DNA of 64,000 nt from Azolla caroliniana (GCA_043228905.1 JBHGNT010000018.1:13144001-13208000), one strand, 5' to 3'; shown: positions 25,101-38,363, counted from the stretch's first letter. The notes: a model not told the origin generated them from the sequence alone. Program-made: numbers and translations.

Positions 25101-26236
25101 CGGTTGAAGAAGAGCCTCTACGGGTTGAAGCAGGCCCCCCGGCAATGGTACCGGAAGTTCGATTCCTTCATGACCGATCACGGGTACCACAAGACACAAG
25201 CCGATCACTGTGTGTTTGTGAAGAAGTTCGAAGGAGGCGACTTCCTAATACTCCTTTTGTACGTGGATGACATGTTAATCGTCGGAGTGACCAAGTTAAA
25301 ATACGGATGTTGAAGAAGGCTCTCAACTGGACCTTCTAAATGAAAGACTTGGGTCCGGCAAGAAAGATGTTGGGGATGCACATCATCCGGAACCGGTCAA
25401 AGAAGCAATTATGGTTGTCACAGGAGAAGTACGTGACAAAGGTGCTTCACCAGTTCAACATGTCAGAAGCAAAACCGGTCGGATCGACACTTCCGGCAAA
25501 CTGCAAGCTATCCGGTAAGCAAAGCCCGAGGACGAAAGCAGAGAAGACGGATATGATGAAGATTCCATATGCCTCTGCCGTCGGGAGCTTGATGTACGCA
25601 ATGGTGTGTACCCGACCGGATATAGGATACGTAGTCGGAGTGGTGAGCCGGTTCATGAGTAATCCCAGCAAGGAGCACTGGAACGCGGTCAAATGGATAC
25701 TCCGATATTTGAAGGGAACCTCAAATATGTGTCTCCGATTCGGCTCCGGAAAACCTCATCTGGACGGTTTCACCGATTCGGACATGTCGGCTGATGTGGA
25801 TACCAGCTGGTCTACATCTGGGTATGTAATGACATATGCAAGGGGAGCTGTTTCGTGGCAGTCGAGGCTGCAGAAGACGGTTGCATTGTCAACCACGGAG
25901 GCGGAGTACATGGCAGCTGTGGAAGCCAGCAAGGAAATTTTATGGATGAAGGACTTCATCGGAGAGCTCGGTATACGACAAGAGGAATACCGACTCTATT
26001 GCGACAGTCAAAGCGCCATCCACCTTGCTAAGAATGCGGCCTACCACTCTCGGACGAAGCATATCCAACGAAGATATCACTAGATCTGGGAAAGAGTAGA
26101 CGACCAGGAGTTCGCACTGACGAAGATCCACACGGCCGAGAACGGGTCAGATATGCTGACCAAAGTGCTGACACCCGACAAGCTAGATGCATGCCGGAAG
26201 CGGATCGGACTGGTAAGACACCCCATGCCGGAGTGA
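22191..26236 (+). pseudogene. gag-pol: Copia gag-pol polyprotein with few lesions (stops at 22578, ~25337 and 26081; frameshift near 25285)
   Basis: CFYCGKPGHFQKNC, WVVDSGASFH, LWHKRLCH, VRADNRGEY, LYGLKQAPRQW, LLYVDDML and YCDSQSAIHLA. Confidence 0.96.
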
Positions 26237-27470
26237 AGGGGGAGTTTGTTGGGAGACAGGTCCCTCCGGATGGGAAGGGAGAAGAACAGTGCCGATGAAC
26301 AAACTCGGCCGAGGCCGATAGGCCGAGGACGAAACCGTATGAGGTGGACCCGGCTACAGAGAGCCGGATGATGCAGACCTGGTGAAGACCGGATGAGGAG
26401 TACCCGGCTACGGAGAGCCGGATGATGCAGACCCGGTATGAAGACCGGATGAGGAGTACCCGGCTACGGAGGGCCGGATGATGCAGACCCGGTGAAAACC
26501 GGATGAGGAGTACCCAGCTACAGAGAGCCGGATGATGCAGACCCAGTGAAAACCGGATGAGGAGTACCCGGCTACGGAGAGCCGGATGATGCAGACCCGG
26601 TGAAGACCGGATGAGGAGTACCCGGCTACGGAGAACCGGATGAAGAGACATATTCGTAAATATGTTTTTTGATAGTCCATCGAGGCTATATTTGTAAATA
26701 GCCGAAAAGTCATAGTAGTATAAATATGACTTAGGGCAAACTAATATATTGTTGTTGTCATTTTCTTGTTGGTGCAAGAAGAAGAGAAAGTACGTAACGT
26801 TGTACAGAGAGAGAGAGAGAAAGAGGTCGTTGCCTCTGTTGTAACCGCCGCCTGTGGCGAAGATCGTGAGTCCGAGGTCGTTGCCTCCGTGAACTCACTG
26901 TTTTGTACATTCTTACATAGTGACAGTTTGCAGCCTGTGGGCTGCCGTGGTTTTTCCCCTAGTTTGGGGTTTTCCACATAAACCTCCTGTGTAATTTTTC
27001 CTCTTCTTTGTGTCGCGTCTTATTTCCCGTTTTCTATGTATCATTCCAAGCTTGGTTGTGGCCAAGTGTTGCGCATAAGGAGCGTTGAGTTCCCGTCAGT
27101 AGACCCACTTGTTTCTGAGTGCTCTCTTACCTTTTGGTAGTTCTACCAGGTCATAGGTGTAATTTTCATGCAAGGAGTCCATCTCATCTTGCATTGCACT
27201 CTGCCATTTCTGCTTGTGCTTGTCGGCAATGGTTTCTTCATAGCACTTAGGCTCACCTTCATCGGTCAAGAGGATGTATTCACTAGCACATGTCATCGAT
27301 GCTTTCTTTTCTGTAAGTGGATCTCTCCTTCCATTTTTTGTCGGTTCCGGTTCGGATATCTCTATCGACTCTTCTCCCAACTCGGGTTCATATGTGTCCA
27401 TTGATCATTGAGGGTTAGCCGATTCCTACTTGTATTCCTCGATCGACTTCTATGGGTCTGCCTTGGCCGA

Positions 27471-28088
27471 GACCGGATGAGGAGTACCCGGCTACGGAGA
27501 ACCGGATGATACAGACCCGGTGAACACCGGATGAGGAGTACCCGGATACGGAGAGGCCCGGTATGAACCGGATGAGGAGTACTCGGCTACGGAGATCCGG
27601 ATGGTGCAGGCCCGGTATGAACCGGATGAAGAGACATATTCGTAAATATGTTTCTGAGAGCCCATTGAGGCTGCATTTGTAAATAGCCAAAAAGTCATAT
27701 TAGTATAAATATGACTTAGGGCAAACTTTTAGATATAGTTGGTAGTTGTCATTTTTCCTTGTTGGTGCAAGAAGAAGAGAAAGTGCGTAACTGTACAGAG
27801 AGAGAGAGAGAGACGAGGTCGTTGCCTCTGTTGTAACCGCCGCCTGTGGCGAAGATCGTGAGCACGAGGTCGTTGCCTCCGTGAACTCACTGTTTTGTAC
27901 ATTCTTACATAGTGACAGTTTGCAGCCCGTGGGCTGCCGTGGTTTTTCCCCTAGTTTGGGGTTTTCCACGTAAACCTCCTGTGTATCTTTCTCCTCTTTG
28001 TGTCGTGTTCTATTTCCCGTTTTCTGTGTATGAAAAGAATCTCGGTTGTGGCCGAGCATTGCGCATAAGGAACGTTGGGTTCCCGTCA
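27471..28088 (+). repeat. 5'-truncated solo LTR of the same Copia family (diverged variant)
   Basis: Aligns to the 21309-22160 LTR through to tcccgtca; no PBS follows; flanked by the minus-strand host Copia. Confidence 0.9.
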
Positions 28089-30990
28089 TGTTGGTAGGCC
28101 AACTCGGATTCGGCTGTGCCAACTGGGTGTCTCTGAACAGCCAACTGTGTCGGTTTGACTAGTCTTAAGTAAGTGGGAGTTGATTGGGAAATCGTTTTTG
28201 ACTTCTGTTGCTTCCAGTCCTCAATTGTCTTGTTTTCCAAGAAGACAACGTCCCGACTCCTCACCACTTTCTTGCCGACTAAGTCCCATAGCTTGTAGTT
28301 GAACTCGTTCTCTGAGTTTCCCATCAATATTCATGGTTTCAACTTACTGTCAAGCTTCAACCTCTGATCCTTAGGCACATGCATATATACTAGACATCCG
28401 AACACCCTCAGGTGTCTGTAGGAGACATCCTTTCCTTTCCACACCCTCTATGGGACATCAAATTTCAATGGCACTGAGGGAGACCTGTTGATAAGATAAA
28501 CAACCATATACATCGCCTCAGCCGAGTACGATTCAGACATCTTGGCATGCAACAACATGCTCCTTACTCTCTCCATAATCGTTTGTTTCATCCTCTCTAC
28601 AAGCCCATTCAACTCATGGGTCTTCGACACTGTATATTCAATTCGAATACCTTGGTCCTTGTAGTATTCTTCAAACTGCCCTCTATATTGACCATCGTTG
28701 TTTGCTCATACAGTCTTCAACTTCTGACCCGACTCTCGTTTGGTTCTTGCATGAAACTCCTTGAACATTGACAGTACTTGATCCTTTGACTTTAGTAAGA
28801 AGGCCCATGTCTTCCAACTATGGTCATCAATAAACATTACGAAGTACTGTCCACCTCGATGTGATGGAGCATTTACATAGCACACATCTGTGTGTTCTAG
28901 TTCCAGTGGCACTTCTCTTCTTGTCGGTGGTCTTGCATGGAATGCAGCTCTGTTCTCCTTTCCGACTAAATAATCGACACACTTCTCCAAGTGTACTCCT
29001 TTCATTTTTGGGAGAAGTTCCTGATCGGCTAACAAATGCATTCCCTTCTCACTCATGTGGCCGAGCCTTTTATGCCATAACTCTCCACTCGAGTCGGCTG
29101 CCACATTTGCTTCCGACTTGCACAATTGGGCATGCATCATATACAATGTGCCCTCTTTCTGTGCTCGGGCCACTATGAGGTTTCCTTCACAGAACTTCCA
29201 ATTGCCGTTTCGAAAGCTACCACTGTAGCCTTCAAGTCGATATCAGATTCAGTCTGATATCGGGGACATGTCGAACTTCCTTCAGGGTCAGTCGATAACA
29301 TGTCGACATCATCAAGCTTACACTCCCAATGCCAGCTATCTTGCACTCACCATTATCTCCCATCCTTACATAGCCATGGTCCACGAGTATGTAGGTCGAG
29401 AAGCACTCTCTTGATAGAGGTTTATGGAAAGATGCACCTGAGTCGATTACCCAGGTACACTCCTCACTTGCAAGATTTGTGCTTGCCTGCTCACAGATGA
29501 CCATGATCTCCTCTGCACTTGTAGCTATGGCCAATGTGCCCTTTTCTTCAGGAATCTTCTTGGGTTCGACAACATTACCAACAACTTTGTCCTTCTTCAT
29601 GTGTCAACTGTCCTTTTGGAAGTGTCTAGGCTTTCAACAATAGAAACATGTCAGTTTGCCTTTGGACTTCGACCTAGCTTGGAACTTGTCCCTTCTTTGT
29701 GGACTTCTTTGTTGGTTTCTTCCTCTCTTGGTAAGTTAAGCTAGGTTTGACTACGACTGGGACAAGACACCCTTGTCTTTCCTTCTTTTCTCCTCGTTCA
29801 AGATTCTTGTCTTTACAACTTGAAGAGATAGGTTCTCTTCTTGACACGAGGTGCTGAGAGTCACCACTAGATTCTCCCACTTTTCCGGCAGGGTACACAG
29901 TAGCAGATTGGCCTGTATTACATCTTCAAGGGGAAACTTGGTTGCAGTAAGTCAATTCACATACCCCATGAATGTGCTTACATTCTCCACTATGCTTTCT
30001 CCATCCCTATATTTCAACCTCATAATCTTTCTCATCAAAGATGTTTTGTTGAGGGCGTTCTTCCTCTCATATAGACCTGACAACTTCTACCACATCTCGT
30101 AGGCTTTTGTGTCGTTCGCCACATTTTGAAGGACACTTACATCGACGCACTATCTGATAGTGGCCACCACCTTTTTGTTCAGAAGTTTCCATTCAGACTC
30201 TAATACCCTTGTGGGTATTTCTGCTCTGTCTATGGGCTCGTACATGTGTTTGACTATGAGAAGGTCTTCCATCTTTATCTTCTAATCGCATAGTTCTAAG
30301 AGTTTAGAACTATCATGCCTGGGAAGCCACTCACACCTCCTTCCATCTTTCACCTTTGCTCTGATACCAGGTTGATGGGATGGGATCGTAAATCTGTCGG
30401 TTGAAGATATGTTGAGATACACAGCTCGAAGTAGAAAACAACAAATGGACAAAATACATAGTGCACACTGTTTTACGTGGAAACCCTAAATGGGGAAAAT
30501 CACGGTGTCGTGCCTTTCGGCTCCGGATCGTTGCGTGAGTCGGGTGGGAACCACCGAGGTTTTTGACTAGGAGGAAGAGGAATACAACTTAAGGCTAGTT
30601 ATGAATAGTGGAAAGAGAAGTAAGATAGCAATCTCGTGAATCCCACGAGTTTAGTGTATTTAAAACAATATTTAGATTACAAGAGTAATTTAGATGGCAA
30701 AATTCGTGAATCCCACGAATATATTAGATTGATCAATCCTTGTATATTAATCAACAACCATATACATATTTCTCTCCTCCTTATATAAAGATGGAAGAGG
30801 CTAAGCATGGCTTCATGCTTTTTCACCAAAAGTGTCCATGCACACTAAATGTGCATGTGATGTTTTGTCATTTCCTAAGTATAGGGCTCATGCACGCTAG
30901 ATGTGCATGAGTCACTTTTAATGTCACGTGTAAATAAAATATTGACACCCTAAAGAATACATGATTTTTACCTTTTAATAAAGGTATGTG

Positions 30991-33778
30991 TGTTGGCCGG
31001 TCAGAAGAGCACAGATCTTGGAGAAACACACCCCCGGATGGACCCCGCAAGAAGCAGAACAGCAGGGGGAAGGACCATCCCGACAGCAACAGGAACCGGC
31101 AACAAAGGCAAAACCGGCAGGTAAAGGCAAAGGGAAAGCGGTCGAGGAGGAACCGGTAGCGCGCAAACCAATCCATATAACGCTGCGACGGCCGGAACCG
31201 GAACCAGAGGTCTCTAGACAAAAGGTCCGTCTGGTAACTGCACCGGAGGAGGAAACTGAAACAGAAGACTCATCTGAACCACTGGTAAGACTCCCAGCAA
31301 GACAAGGTCGGGAGAAACGGGCGAAAGGACCGGCTCCACCAGTGGACAGAACTCAGCAGAGGGCGCAAGGACCATCTCCAGTAGCCGAGGCGGAAACAGC
31401 ACCGGAACCCGTACCCAGGGAAGCAGCACCGACACCGGTTGGGCCGGACTTCAGAAAACCGGTCATCCCAGAGAAGAAGAAGGAACGAGCGCCGGAGCCG
31501 GAGCCAGAGAAGAGGCCGGAAAATCAGCTTGGCTTAAGTGAGCAAGGCCACCCCGAAATCGGAAGAACAAAGCCACAATGGCTGAGATGGCTTTCGGAGC
31601 AGTTATCGGGAGTAGCGGACCAGTTAGAGAAAGAAGAAACGTGTCGGCAACAGCTGACGCATACAACAACTCAGGAGTTGGTCGCGCTCCGAACACAGAT
31701 CGAGGAAATGCAAGGGGAGCTGTTGCAGGCAAGGGAAGGAATTCAACGAGCACAAGCTGTCACCGAGCCGGTCGGGACAACAAGGAAGCAACCAGAACCA
31801 GAACCGGAACCAGTAGCCTTGCAAACCGGCCCTGAGACCGAAAAAATAATAGAAACCTTACGAGAGGAGTTACAAGCTCAGGAGGCATTAAGGGAAAGAG
31901 AAAGGGAGCAGCGGAAAGCGGTGGAGGATGACAGACGAAAAATGGAAGAAGGCCTCCGGAAAGGCCGAGCCGCTAATGACCGACTGCAAGAAGAAAAAGA
32001 GAAGCTGCAGAAGGAGAAGGACCGACTACGTCGACATGCCGAACAAGAGATAGAACGACTGCAGGAAGAACTCCGACAACAGAAGGACCGGGACGATCGG
32101 TTAAGAGCTCAGACAACCCGACGCCTGAAGCAGAAGACGGAGGACTTCGACCGTCTCTACCGAGATCACAAGCAGGCCGAGTCGGACAACAAAAAACGAG
32201 CAGCAGACTACGACCGGCAAATAGAGAAGCTGAAAGAGCAGCTCAAAGAAACCCGATTAGACCTGGCTAAGGCGATGGATGAGGTCAGTGCCAACAAGGA
32301 AGCATTGTCGACGGAAATAGCCCAAGCAACGGAGAGAAGGAAGGAATTAGAGGCGCTAAGGCGGGAAAAGCTGGACCTGACCAAGATCAGGAATGAAGGA
32401 AAGGAAAAATCGACCTTCAGGATCAGCAAACTGCAGAGTACCTATGAAAAGCAGAAAGCAGATTACGAGGCCCAGGCTCAGATAATGGCCGACATTATAA
32501 AACGGGCAAGGAAGGAAAAGCAGGAAGCTTATGCGCATGCTAAGGCAGGAGTTGACCGGATCAAGCTCATCATGTCAGGATGGAGTACCCGAGCTCAGGC
32601 AAGTATCAACGAAAGTACGGAAAAGCTATGGAAGGAGTGGTCACAACAGGCAGCCGAGCTGCAGACACTCCGAGCGGATGCCGAGAATCGGAAGAAGACC
32701 GGCGACAGGTTCTACAAGATGGATGAAGAAAGTATCGTCGCCATTCGGGAGGAATTGTCGGAGGATTTCTACACTTTAGCAGAAGAACACCTCAAAGAAA
32801 TTCGAGGGTTGGTAGAGAGGTTGGATGACGGGCAGCTCGCAACTCAGTTGGAGTTGGAGAGATACGAGCATGACCGGTTACGACAGGAAGCTAAGGGAAG
32901 AACGACGCCAACCACTATTGGTGAGGGAACGCGACCGGCTGAAGATGAACCAACCGACACCGAACAACCCCGACGAGGAATACCTGAAGACGAACTTGAA
33001 GAAGACCAGGAGCGGACCGATGCCGGAGAAGAAGAAGAGCTGAGACCGGAAGACACCAGGGCAGAGGAAGGAGTCATATCAAGTCGACCAGTCGAGACCG
33101 GAGAAAGCGACACCGGTAACAGAACAGAGCCAGGAACGGAGGGAGAACAGGAAGAACCTGGACGAAGCGGTGAGGAAGCACCGGCACCACGGAATCAAGC
33201 AGAGCCGGAGTAGAAAATTTTTACGGAACAGCCTACCCAACAGGAGGTCGGAGACAAGGCAGGCAAGGAACAGGAACAGGAGGAAGAAGCACCACTTGAC
33301 ACTATCGAGCAAAGTGTGCTCGATATTTTGGAGGAAGACTGAGGCCGGGAGTGGATTCGAAGTGCAAGGCACTTTCCCACGGGCGTGCCATGTGTTGGCC
33401 GGTCAGAAGAGCAAGGACAAGTGGGAAGGCGGAATCGGATCGGATAATAGGAAGTAATAGTAGAATTATTATTCGGAGGGACGGATTCGGTACAGTTGTA
33501 CCGATCCGGATCCGAACCGATTCGGATGTCGGTTGCCTAAGCGCACCGATTGTAACCTTGACGGATGCCTATAAAAGGATCCGATGATTTGTAAAGTGTT
33601 TTGACGGAAGTAATACAATAGTAATTATTGTGTATTTATCTGTATCTCGTATTGTTTGCCGTCCGTGCTTAATTGTAATCATCTTATGCGTATAACCTAG
33701 CATCCAATCCTTACCACCCCTTTGGAGAAGTGTCGGATAGACACCTGTGTTGAGGCTAGTCTGGCCAGACAGACAACA
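30991..33778 (+). mobile_element. Deletion derivative of an Athila/OTA-like Gypsy: 21-bp 5' LTR stub, accessory ORF and 3' LTR (33393-33778)
   Basis: TSD ATGTG at 30986-30990 and 33779-33783; tgttggccggtcagaagagca occurs at both 30991 and 33393. Confidence 0.9.
31012..33213 (+). CDS. Retrotransposon 3' accessory ORF: P/E-rich linker plus long coiled coil; N-terminally truncated but stop-free
   Basis: 741-aa open frame; conserved QWLRW and YKMD.ESIV.I.EELS motifs shared with copies at 36540-38170 and 52400-54580. Confidence 0.8.
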   Translation, partial: QILEKHTPGWTPQEAEQQGEGPSRQQQEPATKAKPAGKGKGKAVEEEPVARKPIHITLRRPEPEPEVSRQKVRLVTAPEEETETEDSSEPLVRLPARQGREKRAKGPAPPVDRTQQRAQGPSPVAEAETAPEPVPREAAPTPVGPDFRKPVIPEKKKERAPEPEPEKRPENQLGLSEQGHPEIGRTKPQWLRWLSEQLSGVADQLEKEETCRQQLTHTTTQELVALRTQIEEMQGELLQAREGIQRAQAVTEPVGTTRKQPEPEPEPVALQTGPETEKIIETLREELQAQEALREREREQRKAVEDDRRKMEEGLRKGRAANDRLQEEKEKLQKEKDRLRRHAEQEIERLQEELRQQKDRDDRLRAQTTRRLKQKTEDFDRLYRDHKQAESDNKKRAADYDRQIEKLKEQLKETRLDLAKAMDEVSANKEALSTEIAQATERRKELEALRREKLDLTKIRNEGKEKSTFRISKLQSTYEKQKADYEAQAQIMADIIKRARKEKQEAYAHAKAGVDRIKLIMSGWSTRAQASINESTEKLWKEWSQQAAELQTLRADAENRKKTGDRFYKMDEESIVAIREELSEDFYTLAEEHLKEIRGLVERLDDGQLATQLELERYEHDRLRQEAKGRTTPTTIGEGTRPAEDEPTDTEQPRRGIPEDELEEDQERTDAGEEEELRPEDTRAEEGVISSRPVETGESDTGNRTEPGTEGEQEEPGRSGEEAPAPRNQAEPE

Positions 33779-34530
33779 ATGTGTAAATAAAGGTCGTATA
33801 CGTATTAAATCTATATGTATAACACTAAAGATAAGTTATTACAATGGTAAAGTTGGGGTTTATCTATGTGGAGGTGCAGGGTTCGAATCTTGCTCTATGC
33901 ACGTGATAAATGTTTTGATATATTATTTATTTATTTATATGTATCTAAAATCGGATATATTATTTTATGGTTTTCACGTAGTGTGTGGAATACACTACGA
34001 CAACGGGAACAAAGATTCCACTATACACATAGAGGGTACAAAGAATGGTTGCAACTCTTCTCTAATACTTAGAGGATAACCAGTCAACTCTTCTCTTGGT
34101 AGGTTTACTCAACTTTGTCGTCGTTCTTTCTCACGCACACACTCTCTCTACTAGAGAAACTCAAATATGTTCTTCATCTAAATCTTTGCCCTAAGTGTAT
34201 TTATAGATATACACCTTATGGGCTATTTACATATGTAGCCTTTGCTAGTATTATTCCTATTGTTATAGTAACATTCAATCAGCCAACTAGTCGACTAGTC
34301 GACCCGACTAGCCGACTCTTGTGTCGACTGTCTAGTTGGCACGACTAGTCGGTCTTGCCATCGACTTAGATCTACTATGGGCTCTTCATGTCAACCCTCT
34401 CTCAATCGACTCACCATGTCATCGATTGTCGGCTCTCAGTTCAAACAGTCGGCTCCTCCTTGTCTTCGATTGTCGGGTCTTACTCAACCAAACAGTTGGC
34501 TTCTCCCATAGGAGGGACATATACCTAACA

Positions 34531-36200
34531 ATTTCTCTGTGTTGAGTCTCCACGTTCTGTGTAAATGTTGTGTAACCAATAGGTTGTAGCCGGCTTGGTC
34601 ATCTCCATAGTCGCGCAATCATTCTCTGTTCGATTCATACGTAAGTCCATTTCGTTCAGAGTCCCGAACGATTCGAAGCAAAATGAACTCCTTTTCCCGA
34701 ACACAAGACCTTGAGTCGAATTGACAAAGGTCCGGATATTCAACACCGTGTTATCCAAGTTGATAACACTTTGGCATGCATGATGGGATGACTGGTCCGC
34801 ACAAGGTGCCGAACTCTAGATATTTTGGGCAGACCAAGAAAATCGTAGGAAAGAAGGCCACGGGTTCTATAAGCTCGATGAAGAGAGCGTCAACACCGTT
34901 TGGGAAGATCTCATAGAGGACTACAAGGCATTCGTGGCACAACACTCCGCGAAAATAGCGCAACTTTTGGAAGAATTTGGCGAAGATCAAATCGATGTCG
35001 CACTCGAATTGGAAGCATACGAGACCGAATGCGTGGAGGCGAAAAAGGAGCATAACACTACGAAAGAGCCAAAAATCGTCCCGCTCCCCGACAATGGATC
35101 AGACGAACAATCACCAGACGTCCTTCATCCCATGGAGCCCACACCAACCCTTGATGCGGAAATTACAAAGCAGTAGCTGGCCGAAGAAACTCCGGAGATG
35201 ACTAGGCAACATGCGCAACTTACGACCCCTCTCGAGCCACAACCCCATACTCCCCGTTAGAAAACGAACAGATTGAACAAGTCGCGGAGCCAGAGTTGGA
35301 TCCTACCTCGACCCCAAAGCAACATAGTGAACTGGAATTGACTTCGACAAAGCCAAACATTTTGCACATTTTTGACGAAGCCTAAGTGGCCCGTGGGTTT
35401 GACTGTGCATGCACTGTCCCAAAGACGTGCCATGTGTTGGCCGGTTTGGACGACCAAGTGTGGAAGGGGCGAAAAACGGCTACGAGTCGAATTAGTAGTG
35501 GGTAGGACGGAGCGACGCAATAAAGAAGCGAGAGTAGGAAATAATGAATAAACAAATAGTAAAGTATTGAATACGTAGTAACGGTTCACGCACATTCGTA
35601 ACCATCCATGAGCTCTATAAAAAGGGCCATGGAAAGCTTGTAAACGTTAATCAAATCTTATTGTATCAGTGCGCTTGTAATAGAATTTTGTTTACCCCCC
35701 TGATACCCCAAGTAAGAAATTGTGTCGTAATCTCTCTATGTTGAGTCTCCATGGTCTATGTAAACGTTGTGTAACCCGTCGGTTGTAGCCGGCTTGGTCA
35801 TCTCCATAGTTGTGCAATCATTTTCTATTCGATTCATACGTAAGTCCATCTTGTTCGGAGTCCCAAATGATTCGAAGCGAAACAAACTCCTTTTCCCAAA
35901 CACAACACCTTGAGTCGAATAGACAAAGGACCAGATATTTGACACCGTGTTATCCAAGCCGATTGTGTAGTAATTTCTCTGTGTTGAGTCTCCACGTTCT
36001 GTATAAACATTGTGTAACCAGTCAGTTGTAGCCGGCTTGGTCATCTCCATAGTTGCGTAGACATTCTCTGTTTGATTCATATGTAAGTCAATCTCGTTCA
36101 AAGTCCCAAACAATTCAAAGTGAAACGAACTCCTTTTCCCGAACACAAGACCTTTAGTCGATAGACAAAGGCCCGGATATTCGACACCGTGCTATCCAAG
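34531..36200. repeat. Repeat of about 240 bp, 3 copies (34531-34760, ~35730-35970, ~35973-36200)
   Basis: Recurrent gttgagtctcca..gttgtagccggcttggtcatctccatag..tccttttccc..acaccgtg.tatccaag. Confidence 0.88.
34765..35725 (+). mobile_element. Fragment of the accessory-ORF Gypsy family (ORF C-terminus plus partial 3' LTR from 35435)
   Basis: The segment encoding FYKLDEES..DVALELEAYE is homologous to the 741-aa ORF; cgtgccatg|tgttggccgg junction. Confidence 0.8.
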
Positions 36201-38175
36201 CGGGTAACAGTGAGCAAGGCGTGAAGACGCCAAGAGAAGCCGGAGGCAAGGACCGGCGGATACTGACACGACGGATTGACCTCAAGTTGATCTTGAGGGG
36301 GAGTGTTGAGCGAGCACGCTCAACGTTGTCCAGATCGGTTGAACAAGCTAAGAGCCGGAATGGAGAAGCCAGATCAGTGTGCCGGATTCGGGAGTTGGAT
36401 CGGAGAGCCGGACCCATGTGCGAACCGGTAGGCCGTTTGAGGCTTGGTTGTCCATTATCTGTTGTTCTACCAGTTGAACTCTTTCCCACTCATAAGCTTC
36501 CAACCACCGGTTGAACTCTTTCCCACTCATAAACTTCCAACTCCAATGTCAACTAGAACTGATCATCCTCAAACTCTTCCAACAATTTCCAAACTTCATC
36601 GGTTTGCACCTGAGCCAAAGAGTAAAATTCCTTTGATACAATTCCTCCCGTATTGTGATGATACTCTCTTTGTCCATTTTGTAAGAGTGATCTCTTGACT
36701 TTCCCCTGTTCTCTGCATCGGCACCGAATACCTGCAGTTCCGTTGCTTGCTCCGACCATTCCTTCCATATCATAGTAGAACATTCCTTAAGTTTTTCACT
36801 CATTCGTTTTTGCGGATTCTTTTTATCCCCATCTCCATCTTCTCTTCCATGGCGTGCTTGTCCTGCTGCAACCGCTTAATTTGCTTTTCCGCTGCTATTT
36901 CTTCGATCTCATCTATGGTTATCTGAGCCTGATACATGGTCTGTACTCTGTCCAGCATTGCTTTAGATCGTCCTAGCATCCGATCTTGATCCTCCAGCAA
37001 CATAGCCTTTTCTTGCTCCGCCTCTTCTCTCATCTTCACTTTTGTTTTCTCAAAGACTGTTTCCTGCAACATCAGCGATTCTGCCTTCTCCTTCATTTCT
37101 GCTCGTGCCTCTTTGAGCCTCTCCCATTGCTGGTTGTACTCTTTTTCCAACTCCTTGGGATCTCGACAGAGTTTCTCGAAATCAGCATGCTTGTCCTTCA
37201 GGCATTGGTTCGTCTGTGCTCGCAACTGCTTGTTCCATTCCTTTTGTTGCCGGAGCTCCTCCAACCGTTCGATTTCTGTTCCCACCATTCCTTTTAGTTT
37301 CTCTCTTTCTTGATAAATCACCTCATTTTCTTGCTTCAGCCGGTCTGCGCTTCCTTGGACTCTACAGAGTCCTTCCCGTAGCTTTTGCTTCTCTTCTTCG
37401 GCTACTCACCGGAATTGTTTTTCTTTGTCAATCACAGCTGCTTGCGCGGCTATGTCTTCTTTAAATAAGCTTTCTATTTCCTTCTCTGCTTACTCTGCTC
37501 GTCCGACTGGATTTTCTTTTTCCGGTTCATTCTCCGGAATGGGTACTTTTCTCAGTGGTTCCTCCGTCACTACGTCTGGTACAACAGTTTCCAGTTTCTG
37601 AACCTGGCTCTTTGGTTCCTACGCTCTCGTCTTGTCTTAACCAATAACTCGTTGGCTTGCTTTAGCTCCTCCTCCGGTTCTTCAATTCGGGCCTTGGCCT
37701 CTATCAATTGCTTGACCATATCGTTCGTCTTAACCTTATGTGTTGGTATGTTGTCCCATTCCCTTTGCTCCGTTGCCATTCGTGCTGCCACTATGGTGAC
37801 CTGGCCCCCCAACGATTCTACTAATTATTGGCAGGTCTCAAATTGTGTGATTACCACGAACTCATGCGTGGCATTCAACATATCCGAATATGCCCCTCGA
37901 CTGTTTGTAGTAGGTGATCCTGTTGTCCCTTAAGCATGTTCTCCCTATCGTTATAGATTAGCGACCAACTCCTCCTGATGTCAGATGACTGTCTTGTTTC
38001 CTCATTCTCCAACTGTCATAGTTGTTTTGTATGAACCGATTGACTATGCTTCTCCAGTTCTTTTTCTGGCTGAATCGGTGACTCCGCTTCAGAACTCCTC
38101 TTCTACGTGCTTTCGACTACCCTTTACGCCACCATTGCTTTTGTGACGACCGACGTTTTGTCCTCTCGTGGACCC

Positions 38176-38363
38176 TGTGGAAAATATTAAGCAAAAATAT
38201 TAATATTAATATATTAATATATATATAAATAGTTAGTAGTTCTTATGAATACGGTTTCCTTCATGAGACCGTAAGTGTATTGTTGGTGGTCTATAAAAAG
38301 GCACCAACCAATGTTGTAACTATTAGGGCATTATATTAATAGAATATGTTCTCTGTTTCCCTC

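Larger units (their letters stand above)
21309..27098 (+). mobile_element. Near-complete Ty1/Copia element
   Basis: 852-bp LTRs at 21309-22160 and 26247-27098 (TG..CA); PBS tggtatcagagc 22163-22174; PPT gaagggggag; TSD CTAGA/GTAGA (1 mismatch). Confidence 0.97.
30506..34002. mobile_element. Solo LTR of the TGTCGTG..ACGACA group, TSD ACGG, itself interrupted at 30991-33778
   Basis: ACGG at 30502-30505 and 34003-34006; the right part resembles the 59912-60553 LTR (ggaggtgca.ggttc.aatcttgct; gtggaa.tacacta). Confidence 0.82.
19318..34530 (-). mobile_element. Old Ty1/Copia element, heavily degenerate, hosting four nested insertions
   Basis: 3' LTR about 19318-19898; PPT 19899-19910; RNase H/RT 19920-21308 and 27099-27460; integrase/protease/gag 28089-30346; iMet PBS 30358-30369; 5' LTR split into about 30373-30505 and 34003-34530. 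Confidence 0.85.

Noticed and set aside
30988-33213. Host myosin/SMC-like coiled-coil gene
   Set aside because: It is bounded by LTR termini and a TSD, and its homologues lie downstream of pol in related elements
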